From Squalus acanthias (taxonomy: Eukaryota), in NCBI GenBank assembly GCA_030390025.1, contig JASTWF010000342.1:496001-519438 (forward strand): 23,438 nucleotides of DNA, written 5' to 3'. The translations under genes and the position numbers were made by a program. This document shows positions 1 through 10,090 of the stretch, piece by piece. Position 1 is the stretch's first letter; each line of letters opens with the position of its first letter. The notes beneath the pieces are model-generated. The model did not search any database and was not told where the DNA came from. It saw only the letters and a program-made list of their open reading frames with translations.

Positions 1-61
1 AAGTCACATCCCCCAAACAGATTGCATAACATGCACTGACACACTTCCCTCTCTCTTGCAG

Positions 62-2097
62 GACAAGGTGACTCACAACCGGAGGCAGCAGGACCTAGCT
101 GGCAGGGCACAGATGCACCTGCATGTCCTTACCCCCATGGAGGAGACGATGCTCACCATCATTGGAACGGCCATTGCTGAGGCTGTGGCCAGTGGAGGGC
201 TGAAACCATCGAGATGACGGTATCCTCCTACCTAATCCTCCTTCTCACATCCCACTTCCCCCTCATCGCGTAATCTCTCCTGATTTACAAACTCCAGATG
301 GCATAAGCATGCACCTCTTGCTTTCCTCCCCTCCTCTCACCACAACCTTACCCTTGTGCCTTTCAGAGGGACCTGGGTGTCCTTGTACATGAATCACTGA
401 AAGTTAACATGCAGGTACAGCAAGCAATTAGGAAAGCAAATGGTATGTTGGCCTTTATTACAAGAGGATTTGAGTATAAGAGTAAAGACGTCTTACTGCA
501 ATTATATAGGGCCCTGGTGAGACCACACCTGGAGTATTGTGTATAGTTTTGGTCTCCTTATCTAAGGAAGGATATACTTGCCATAGAGGGAGTGCAACAA
601 AGGTTCACCAGACTGATTCCTGGGATGGGGGATTGTCCTATGAGGAGAGATTGAGTAGACTAGGCCTATATTCTCTAGAGTTTAGAAGATTGAGAGGTGA
701 TCTCATTGAAACATACAAAATTCTTACAGGGCTTGACAGGGTAGATGCAGGGAGGATGTTTCCCCTGGCTGGGGAGTCTAGAACCAGGGTTCACAGTCTC
801 AGAAGAAGGGGTCGGCCATTTAGGACTGAGATGAGAAGAAATGTCTTCACTCAGAGGGTGGTGAATCTTTGGAATTCTCTACCGCAGAGGGCTGTGGAGG
901 CTCAGTCATTGAGTATATTCAAGACAGAGATCGATAGATTTTTGGATATTAAGGGAATCAAGGGATATGGGGATAGTGCAGAAAAGTGGAGTTGAGGTAG
1001 AAGATCAGCCACGATCTTATTGAATGGTGGAGCAGGCTCGATGGGCTGAATGGCCTTTTCCTGCTCCTGTTTCTTAGGTTCTTATGTTCTTTCTCCTTTC
1101 AGATACCCAAGAACTGCAACCAGGCTAGACAGTGATGATGAAGAAACACCATCACTCGACTTCACACTCGCAGCCACCTGCTCAGATACTGATACTGCGT
1201 GTAATTTAGAGGATAGCATAGCAGTGGGATCTGCATGTGGTGAGACACCGGGCACAAGTGACGTGTAGCCAGGGCAGAGGACAAGGATTGCACAGGTGCC
1301 AGCTCGTCATAGGGCGAGGTCGCACACGCGTTCTGCTGCATAGGACTCAGATGAGCACCTCGATGGGGCAGGCTACAGAAAAAGACTGATCAGTATGCAA
1401 AATGAAATGCTTGGTGCATTCTGAAGCCTGTCAGAAAGCCTGCGTGCAATGTCAAGGAGTACGGAGGAGTCCAGCACCAACTTGGCACAGGGCTTTGTGG
1501 AGAGCTTGGAGCCTATCCTTTCCATCGTTGAAGTGGTGGTCAACTCCATTAGAACTTGTGGACTCAACCATGATGCAGCGTATGATGGCCGATCTCTCAA
1601 CTTCCATTGCAGCACAAGCAGCAGCCAGCCAATGTCTGAGTGCTGCAGTGGAAGTGCAGGCTGCTACCATCATGGCTTTGGATTCCAGTGTTCAAAGGGG
1701 CTCACAGGGTTTAATAGAAGTCCATCAATCTGCCCTCCAACAGATTACTAGAATTGCTGAGGCACCGCCCCGGGGAAGTGGCAGTGGCTCCATGGAGCAT
1801 GAACCTGCTGTCCTCTCTCAGGATGACATCATTTGTCCTCCCACTACTGCCACGCCACCAGTGCTCTTGCTGTTGCCTGTCAGCCAGCCAGCCCAGACTG
1901 CTGCCGCCCATGCCGAGGTGGTGCAGTCTGCAGCCGGGCCTTCTAGGCCTAGAGCTGCTCAAGGTTTTCCTCCAAGGGCAACTGCTGTCTTCTCCACTGA
2001 AAGTGAGCAGCCTTCCACCAGTCATGCTGCATCCACTGGGGTAGCCCTGCGTAGGAGCACTAGGACAGGCACTAGGACAGGCGAAGACAGACACTAA
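62..2097 (+). pseudogene. Harbinger Myb/SANT-like DNA-binding accessory gene, 3' exons (62-219 and ~1103-2097), degenerate
   Basis: Acceptor ctctcttgcAG at 60-61, then DKVTHNRRQQDLAGRAQMHLHVLTPMEETMLTIIG, resembling the segment after the Myb domain in Harbinger ORF2 proteins. GT donor at 220, acceptor tcctttcAG at 1101-1102. The last exon has stops and frameshifts, a coiled-coil-like stretch and a P/S/T-rich tail ending at TAA 2095-2097. Confidence 0.6.
365..1089 (+). mobile_element. 5'-truncated CR1-clade LINE (ORF2 C-terminus, 3'UTR and short repeat tail)
   Basis: Translates to RDLGVLV...KANGMLAFI...LYRALVRPHLEYC..FWSPY...YEERLSRLGLYSLEFRRLRGDLIETYKI...FTQRVVNLWNSLP, typical of the CR1 ORF2 end, with one stop and one frameshift. 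Tail ttcttaggttcttatgttct. Confidence 0.93.
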
Positions 2098-2280
2098 GGG
2101 AATGCACAAGGGTGATTGGTTTACGTTTGTATGCAATATGGCATGATTTAATTTATAAATTTGGTTTGGAATGTTTATTTTGTGTTGGTTTTTATTTTTG
2201 CATTGTGGCCAAGAGGACGCTGTGATGGTCAGTGACAGAGGGAAGGTAAGGTATTGGACTGTTGGTGAATGGGGTTACGT

Positions 2281-4883
2281 TTACTGGTATCGCACTCGGA
2301 TGAGTTCTTCATAAACAGCCTGACCTGAAAGGTGCTGTCTAGGTTGCCTGCTCCCTTCCTCTTCCTCCTCTTCTTCCCCCTCCTCCTCCTCATTATGCTC
2401 CTGCTCATCAGCTGGTTGCCGTATAGCTGGTGGCAAGGGCTGTGTCCTCATGATGGCGAGGTTGTGCATTGTATACATGCTGCCCGCGTGTGCGTGGGTT
2501 GTGCACCGGAGTCATGACCCCTGTCGTCAGTGGATAGCCCTTGTCACCCAATAGCCACCATTTGGTTTGCCGTGGTAGCTCAAATGCAGATGGCACAGTG
2601 GACTGCCGCAGAATGAAGGCATCATGACTGCTGCCAGGATAGTGGGCATTGATCTGCATGGTGCACTGCCTATGGTCGCACATCAGCTGGACGTTGAGGG
2701 AGTGGAATCACTTTTGGTTGCGGTACATGTCAGAGTTAACATGCGGCGCATGCAAAGCGACATGCATGCAGTCAATGGCATCCTGCACCATGGGGCAGCC
2801 TGCAATCCTGGCAAAGCCGTACGCTCGCTCCGCCTGCTGGTCTCTGACAAGAGAGAATGAAATGTAGATAGCTCTCTTTGAATACAGAGCCTCAGTGACT
2901 TCCCTTACACAACTGTAGAATTCGCAAAATTATCGCGATTTTATAATAATGAGAAGGAGACAAAAAGTTTTGTACAAACAGCTTTATTTCAGCAGAATGC
3001 TGTCAGGTTTCAAAACGGACACAAACAGCCTGTAAAATGGCCGCCACGCCTCGTGGCAGAATGTTCTAGACTTTCAGTAGGCAGACAAGATGGCGTTTCA
3101 ATAAACATTTCAGCGAGATCGGACAGGACTCAGCACATTTGAGATAATGACAAGACGCGATGGGTTTGCATTTTAAACATAAATACTGGAATCGGTCTTC
3201 CAGGTACAAACAAGGGCTATTGTACTGGGCGATCAAGGACCCATCCAAAGACATTAATATGCAAAATCCCCACGGCTCTACGATGAGAGAGCCATTCGCG
3301 GGTACTCACAGCAAGCATTTGGAAGCCCCAAAACCCCTCCAGGGAGACTCCTGACCGATTTCACAATGGGAAAATATTAACGGGTACTCAGACAGTTACA
3401 AGTATCACCGAAATCCATTAAAGACTGAGATCACCCCATACAAGAAGTTTTGAGCGCCAAAACATGACAAAAGATAGACATTAAGATTGGGCGGGAAAAT
3501 AGGAATTACAGCACTATAACTGTAAAGTACAACCGTCCATCTTTCTCTTGCTGCTTTGACTCCCTGGAAGGCTGCTGAACTCTTATTCTCTTGCCTGACG
3601 ACTCTGGACTCTGATCCGCCAGGATCAACCTCGTGGCTTGCCGCGAAGATCTGTGGAGAACTGGGCTGTGAAGGCCTGGAAGCGGGCGCACCATCCCGAG
3701 AAGTTGGTAAACGGTGTTGGAACCGAAGGCCCGAGAGGAGATGAGATGAGATGAGAAGAGAAGAAGACGACAATACTCCACAACTGGCCCAGGAAGACTG
3801 TTCTTTGAATTTTACAGGCAACTGGTGCCGGGCATAGGAAGACTCTTCTTTGAGTTTTATCAGAGTTCCGAGGACAACACAGATCTTCATGACAGCAGAC
3901 GGTCCAGCCTGCTAGCCGGAGCAGAAGCGAGTAAACAAGTGGGGTACAGAGACCCCTAATCAACACGTGGATAGTCAGGTGCTGCGGTAAAAGCATCCGA
4001 GCAGAGTTTCGGAATTCTCCGAGTTATCACGAGTGGTGAGCATGAGTCTCGATCCTACAAATCTAGATTAGGACAGGTATTGATAGGGGAGGGTTTAAGT
4101 TTTAAGGATAATTATAATGTGTGTCCCTTTTTACAATGTGTCGTGCACTCCTCGTTTCCCTAAACCTAGTTGCATAAATGTATGTAAGTTTGTACTGTCA
4201 TTAATCTGTGCTTATGACATGTATTTCGTAATCTTGAATAATATGCAATAAAGATTTTCCATTTCGCACTATTCAATCGGGTCTACCTGAGTTTTCTCTG
4301 CATTATTGCTCTCGCACCTAAGTCCAGTGTCAGAACCGTAAGGGCGAGTGGGTCGAACCACTCACAGGTGTCTAGTGTTACCAGGCTGGCTGGAGACCAG
4401 AACAGGCAACAAGGCCTAACCTCGCACTAGCACCCAGGCTACGCACAGAGCAGCCTTCGGCACCGAGCCGAGCACGGTATCCCTTACGCAACAGTGGACA
4501 GCAAAATGCGAGATGCTGCCAATATCTCCTGCTCCAGCTTGGAATATGCCCGATGCATAAAAGTTCATCGCCACGATCACCTTCACAGCCACTGGCAATG
4601 CGGTCCTTGCCCTGCTCCGAGGCTGTAGTTACAGCTGCAGCAGGTGGCAGATTTCAGTGAGGACGTCCTTACTGAAGCACAAACCTCTCACACACTGTTC
4701 CTTGCTGAGGTTCAGGTCGGAGAATTGCTCATTCAATACCCTGAGCGGATATGGCCGCCTGCTGAGAGCCCTTCTCCCCCTCCTCCCCCTCCCTCTTCCA
4801 GCAGCTTGTCCTGCCCTGCGTGCCCTCTGCTCATTCTCCAAGCTATGCTGTATTCCAAGGGAAATTCCAACTAGTGCACCCAT
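2281..4883 (-). pseudogene. Harbinger/HARBI1-like DDE transposase, split by a solo LTR, with stops and an internal deletion
   Basis: Joined across the LTR it reads MGALVG...LPVAVKVIVAMNFYASG.FQ...GDIGSISHFAVHCCVREVTEALY...AIDCMHV...NQK*FHSLNVQLMCD...YPGSSHDAFIL...LLGDKGYP...HNLAI...acidic tract...ELIRVRYQ*. These match the IDGTH, NRKG, PGS.HD and GD.GY motifs of this family. Confidence 0.9.
2914..4488 (+). mobile_element. Solo LTR (1575 bp) of a diverged subfamily of the retrovirus at 8452-21146
   Basis: Starts TGTAGAATTCGCAA like the LTRs at 8452 and 19512, is colinear with them throughout, and ends ATCCCTTACG (versus ATCCCTTACA). Flanked by CAAC (2910-2913 and 4489-4492). Removing it restores the transposase frame. 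Confidence 0.93.
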
Positions 4884-5391
4884 GTCTGTCAGCAACTGGT
4901 TTGTGCAGAAGCCTTGCATCTGGAAAAAGTCCTTCAGCACCTGCCACACCACTCCCTGTAAACTTTAGCAACTTTAAACAACTATAGAAAGCACCAAACA
5001 CTTGTAGAATCGTAGCAACAGCCAGAAGAAATCAATCAGAAACTAACCTGTAAGTAAGTGATGATTCCTTTAAATAGCACTGGTGGGGGTGTCCTCCCTG
5101 CTGCTGAACGCGAGTTCAGCTGTGCGAGCTTAAGAGAGGGTGATAGCTCCAGCGACGAACTCTAAAATGGCAGCGCTGGCATCAAATCAGCATTGCACGC
5201 TGATTGACATCATGATCTGCCTACTGTGCATACTTCCAGCAGATGCTCATTGTACACGTGCTAATGCCCTCACCAATATGGCGTCCAGTGTGACTCACAA
5301 CAGAAGTGTGCGCGTGCACTGTGGATGCCATTTTAGACCTCCAAGGGCACTCATAGCGCCCAAAAAATGGACCCAAATTTTGCGCTGGGGT

Positions 5392-5487
5392 GTGGGACTA
5401 AATTGGATAGCTCTTTCAAAGAGCAGGCACAGGCATGGTGGGCCAAATGGTTTCCTTCTATGCTGTAAGATTCTATGATTCTATGAT
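5392..5487 (+). mobile_element. 3' end of a CR1-like LINE or LINE-tailed SINE with an (ATTCTATG)n tail
   Basis: ggatagctctttcaaagagcaggcacaggcatggtgggccaaatgg...ctgtaagattctatgattctatga, resembling elasmobranch CR1-type 3'UTR and tail. Confidence 0.7.
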
Positions 5488-8254
5488 TTGTGGTAGCCTG
5501 TAGGAGGAAAGTATGTGGTTGTCTTGAGAGAATGTATACATTCATTGCCTGCCATAGCTTCTTAACGTAGATAAAATCACTCAGAGGAGTTGAACCTTTG
5601 ATAAATGATACATGATCTGCAAGCCACAATAGTAATACTCCTTAACATAGACAAAACCATTTATTAATGTTAATGTATCTTCCTATATCCGAGCACACAT
5701 TGCGATGGGAATGGGGAGGGACGGTAATGTGATGGAGCACTCCGGATTTTAGGCCTGCAGCCTATTTGATGTACCCCAGTGGGGCTGACCCATCTCGGAA
5801 GGTTGCCAACCTGTGCACAAGATGTGCAGAAGACTCATCAATGCCCCAGAAATTATTTAAATTTGGAGTCTCCTCATAACCCGGCAGTGCTCCAGTCACT
5901 GATCACTTGAGGAGATGCCAAAGGGAGGAAGGGCAAAAACTTTGCTGCTGGCTGCCCTCTTCATAATATAGGACAACCTCTCATTGTTGCCACATTTTTC
6001 TTCACCCTTCAATGGCCAAATCCACCTTGTAGCACAACAAAAAAATCAGAGCAATATTGGGGCATCAAACAGTCCTTCACTGGCTGCTGTTCTGGGGCCC
6101 CACTGTAAACTTTCCAGAAGTTTCACCCAGCAGCTGGTTTGTTTTATTTTCATGAATATGATTAACTCCTGAAAAAAGCACTGTTCTGATTGCTGGGAGG
6201 AAAAATAGCTGCAAGAGTTGTGCATTTTCATAGTTGTGACACTAACACAGGTGACACAATGGTGCTTTCATAATGTAACAGTATGTTGTCACTCCAATGT
6301 CTTATAAACAGAGGATGTCTGCTAAACACTTTTCAGCAGATTCTTGTTTAATCCAAGTGATACATAAGAATAATCAACAAGCATGGTTCATTAATGTATT
6401 ACATATTCATGGTATCATTAATAAGTATCATTCCTCTAATACCTTCAGACAGAAACAATTTAATTCTCTGATTTAGCCAACTTGTCGGATACTAATTAGG
6501 ATTTGAACATAATTGGAATTTCTCTCTGTTGAGAATGGCTTTAAAAAGGCCAAATTTGAGCTTTTGAGAAATAGGACATTTCAATATGGTAAGTTCAAAA
6601 TTGGGCACATCTACTAATTGCTTTTCCACAGAAGCTGTTAAATTTCCCATTAAGCTAACAATGCAGCTAAGAAGCCAAATTAAACCCTATGGTTGACAGC
6701 ACCAAGGTGTCTGAGAGCAATGGACTGTTTGAACCTCAAGCGTTGCATTGCCACAGCAATAGATTTTAGAAGAAATAGTTATGGGGAAGAAAACCATATT
6801 TGGAGAGGTTATCCTACAGGGTGATAAACAAGAATAACTAACTCGGAGTTTCAGATGTTCTCAGAAATTTGAATGTCAGTATTTTTTGTTTCTCTCTTCA
6901 GGATGAATTTTCCAATCAGTACAAATGGTCCACGAGTGATAATTATGCAAGCAGGGATTAGAATTATTTTTCTTCCTGAAATTGCTAGATCACTGCCACG
7001 GATGTGCACTGTGCCATTTTCTGCCCATGTTTTCCACTGGCATAAATAAAAAGCTCTTGCACATAATGTGCAAGAGCTTCAATTAAATGACTAATCTTAT
7101 GTTAATACTTGTAAATATTGGTATGCAACCCTCCATTTCTGAGATTTGTGTGGAAGTCCCAACTAGTAGTAATTCTGCCTATTTAAAATGTCTGTTGCAG
7201 GCCCGCAGTGGTGTTGCCTTTCAGATAGTGTTTTCTTAAAACTGGACTGCTCCATCGATGGTTGTTGCAATTGTGTTTACAGTTGTGGGTATTGCATTCA
7301 CTGCTATCCTTTCCTTGAGATTGCAGGAAGAGAAGGAAGAATAAGACCAACAGGAGATACCAAGAAGATTCAGTTGCACCAGGTGGACGTCCTGCATCTG
7401 TCATTACTCAAATAAGTGTATTTGAAGGCTCACATTCAGCTACCTGGAAAGGTTAGACAATAAGCCTCCCTTTAATTTGAGCTCCTCCTCTTCTGGTGTT
7501 GTAGCTCTGCTTGTTTATCCCGCTGCAGCACTGCTGCATATTTCTCCTTGGTAGTGGTGGGCTCCACCTTGAGGGCGGCAATCCTGTCCTGCATAACTAT
7601 CGATGCCCTACCTAGAAACATGGGTCAAAGCCGCGGTGATGGGTGGAAGTCCGACTGACCTTCCTCTTGCAGTGAACCCGCCCTGCAGGAAGAGCTAGGC
7701 CAATGTGTTGATACACAGTGCACAGAGGAAATATCCCCCCTTCTCTTCTATGACTCAGTTAAATGCATTTGCTTTACCCAACTGCATCCAGCACTCCAGT
7801 ACAACCTAGTCATGAAAAGTGAGTCAAGGACTTCCCTAAGGGTGCATTAGGTTTAATTCAGTTGATATTTTTGGGAGCTTTGAAGGAAAATGGAATTGTG
7901 GCCAAGTTAGTTTGCAAAAGCACAAACTATGATTTATTATTTGTTTCTGCTTTTTTTTCTTTTAGTCTCTGTTACTTATTATCCCATCCTAGAGGTCAGC
8001 GTGGTAATCTTCTCATTGGTCTCTGCCAATGCCACCACATAACCAGCCATCTGGCCTCCACTTGGTTTATCCCTGTGACAGTCCAGCTGAGAGCATGAAC
8101 TCCCAGTGTAACAAATCTTCATTGTTCACTTTGTGGCACACCACAGTTAATTAGCTGGGACACTTTCATTAACTGAATAAAACCTAGCCTGCAGTGCTCC
8201 TTGAGAACTGCAGATGTACGACTGGAAGCTGTAACCGGCATAAGCATTCAGTCA

Positions 8255-8451
8255 TTTTAAAGCTATTGAAAGGATACAGAAGAGAGCAACCAGAATGATT
8301 GAGGGGTTGGTGGGGATGGATTATGAGGAGTGATTATGCAAATTGGGCATATTCTTACTGGAAAAGAGAAGGTTGAGAGGAGATATGATTGTTGCATTTA
8401 AGAAACTAAAGGGACTAAATTATGTCGACCATGGCAAGCTATTTTACCTTG
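8255..8451 (+). mobile_element. Old CR1-clade LINE ORF2 fragment, the target of the proviral insertion
   Basis: AIERIQ.RATRMIEGLVGMDYEE*LCKLGIFLLEKRRLRGDMIVAFKKLKGLNYVDHGKLFYL, cut off abruptly at the TG of the LTR (8452). Confidence 0.85.
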
Positions 8452-9026
8452 TGTAGAATTCGCAATATATCGCGATTTTATTAATAAGGAGAAAACACAA
8501 AGTTTCGTTCAAACAGCTTTTATTTCAGTAGAATGCTGGCAGGTTTAAAGTGGACACAAGCAGCCTGTAAAATGGCCGCCGCACCTCGTGACAGAACATT
8601 CTAGACTTTTCAACAGGCAGACAAGATGGCGTTCCAATAAACATTTGTGCAAGATCGATTAAGATTCAGCACAGTGAAGATAATACACGAGACATTATGG
8701 GTTTGCAGTATACACATAGATACTGAAATCGGTCTCCCAGGTACAAAGGAAAGCCATTGTACCGAGTAATCAAGGGCCCATCCAAAAGACATTAATATGT
8801 AAAATCCCAACGACTCTACGATGAGAGAGCCGTTAGCAGGTAGTTATACAGGACACTTGGAAGCCCCAAACCCCTCCAGGGAGAACACCGACCGATTTAA
8901 CAATGGGAGAAATATTAACAGGTACTCAGACATTTACGAGTAGCCCCGAAACCCATTAAGAACGGAGATCACCCATACAAGACATTTGAGCGCCAAACCC
9001 TAAACAAAAGAATGGACATTATAGTT

Positions 9027-9057
9027 GGGCGGGAAACGGAAGATTTTGCACTATAAT
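9027..9057 (+). promoter_or_regulatory. Putative LTR core promoter: GC box (GGGCGGG, 9027-9033) and TATA-like TATAAT (9052-9057)
   Basis: Both motifs are conserved with similar spacing in the diverged solo LTR (GATTGGGCGGGAAA...CACTATAA at ~3485-3519), followed ~25-30 nt later by a conserved pyrimidine-rich Inr-like CTTTCTCTT. YY1-like AAAATGGCCGCC (8569-8580) and AAGATGGCG (8623-8631) upstream are also conserved. Confidence 0.55.
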
Positions 9058-9260
9058 TGCAGGCTCCAAACCGTCCAGCTTTCTCTTATCCTGTGCTCTT
9101 ATTTCGTAACCTCGTGGCTGCTCCTGTGTACTCGTAGTCGGGCTCCTGCTTGCCTGTTGACTCTTTGAAAAAGACTGTTGAACTTTCTGATCCGTTCGGA
9201 TCTACCTCGTGTCGCGTAACGAAGACCTATGTTGGTAACCGGTATCGGAACCAAAGGCCC

Positions 9261-9294
9261 GAGATGAGATGAGATGAGATGAGATGAGATGAGA
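9261..9294 (+). repeat. (GAGAT)6 microsatellite inside the LTR (also 20321-20354; 3 units at 3738-3756 in the solo LTR)
   Basis: Read directly from the sequence. Confidence 0.95.
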
Positions 9295-9830
9295 AGAGAG
9301 GAAGACCATATCCATCGCCACGGTCAGTAAATCCCGACCGCGCCTGTAGGTCGATTAGCCAAGTTTTCCTCGCCAGGAAGACTTCTTCGAACTTGCAAGG
9401 AAACATATCGTATCGATGATATTGACAACTGTGCTCGAAAAGTACCTGTTAAACCAACCAATATAGATCTTCATCACAGCAGACGTTCCAGCCTGCTAGC
9501 CGGAGCAGCAAAAGCAAGTAAACAAGTGGGACCAGGAGATCTCCTGACCGACACGTGGGTGCTGCGGTGAAAAACATCCGATCAGCTATTCGGAATTTCT
9601 CCGAGTTATCACGAGTGGTGAGCATGAGTCTCGAGATCCTACGAATCTAGTTTAGGATAGATATTGATAGGGGAGGGTTTAAGGATTAAGGATATTTGTA
9701 ATGTGTGCCCCTATTTACTTTGTGCCGTTCGTTCCTCGTTTCCCTAAGATCGACTATATAACTGTTTGTAAGATTGTACTGTCATTAATCTGTGCTTATG
9801 ACATGTATTTCATAATCTTAAGTATCATGC

Positions 9831-9836
9831 AATAAA
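9831..9836 (+). terminator. LTR polyadenylation signal AATAAA (also 20890-20895 and 4247-4252)
   Basis: TGCAATAAAGATTTTCCATTTCG is conserved in all three LTRs, ~250 nt before the LTR end. Confidence 0.7.
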
Positions 9837-10090
9837 GATTTTCCATTTCGTACCATTCAAACCGAGTCTACATGAGTTTCATCTCCATTACTGCTCTCGC
9901 ATCTAAGTCCAGTGTCTAGAACCGTAAGGGAGAGTGATTCGAACCACTCACAGGTGTGTCTAGTGTTCCCAGACTGGCTGGAGACCAGAACAGGCAACAA
10001 GGCCTAGACCCGCACTGACATACAGGCTGCACAGAGCCGCGTGAATCTCACAGGCTGCGAGACACGCAGGGTCAGAATCCCTTACAGAAA

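Larger units (their letters stand above)
1..5385. mobile_element. Decayed PIF/Harbinger DNA transposon (left end outside window), carrying nested CR1 and solo-LTR insertions
   Basis: Tail-to-tail Myb/SANT-like gene (+) and HARBI1-like DDE transposase (-), the typical Harbinger layout. Right end placed approximately at ...ccaaattttgcgc (~5385); the partner TIR is not visible. Confidence 0.8.
8452..10086 (+). repeat. 5' LTR (1635 bp)
   Basis: TGTAGAATTC...ATCCCTTACA. Direct repeat of 19512-21146, followed after 5 nt by the PBS. Confidence 0.96.

Noticed and set aside
537..995. 152-aa ORF as a host gene
   Set aside because: It is the CR1 ORF2 C-terminus; its first ~30 residues are an out-of-frame artefact.
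3066..3996. ORFs on both strands inside the solo LTR (e.g. 3405-3890, 161 aa) as LTR-encoded accessory genes
   Set aside because: They are not preserved as equivalent frames in the proviral LTRs; the shared SSHLISS text is only the (GAGAT)n repeat read in reverse.
7188..7415. Cys-rich 75-aa ORF as a toxin or metallothionein-like peptide
   Set aside because: The cysteines come from a TG-rich stretch that reads as a hydrophobic segment in another frame. No signal peptide or recognisable Cys pattern.
8610..8810. 66-aa minus-strand ORF repeated at 19670-19870
   Set aside because: The repetition simply reflects LTR duplication. There is no recognisable motif and the frame is not kept in the solo LTR.
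9261..9294. Short repeats as a CRISPR-like or telomeric array
   Set aside because: It is a simple pentanucleotide microsatellite without spacers, in a eukaryotic context.
9752..9762. TATATAA as the LTR TATA box
   Set aside because: It is not conserved in the solo LTR (gcataaatg at the equivalent place), whereas the GC box plus TATAA at 9027-9057 is. Not fully excluded.
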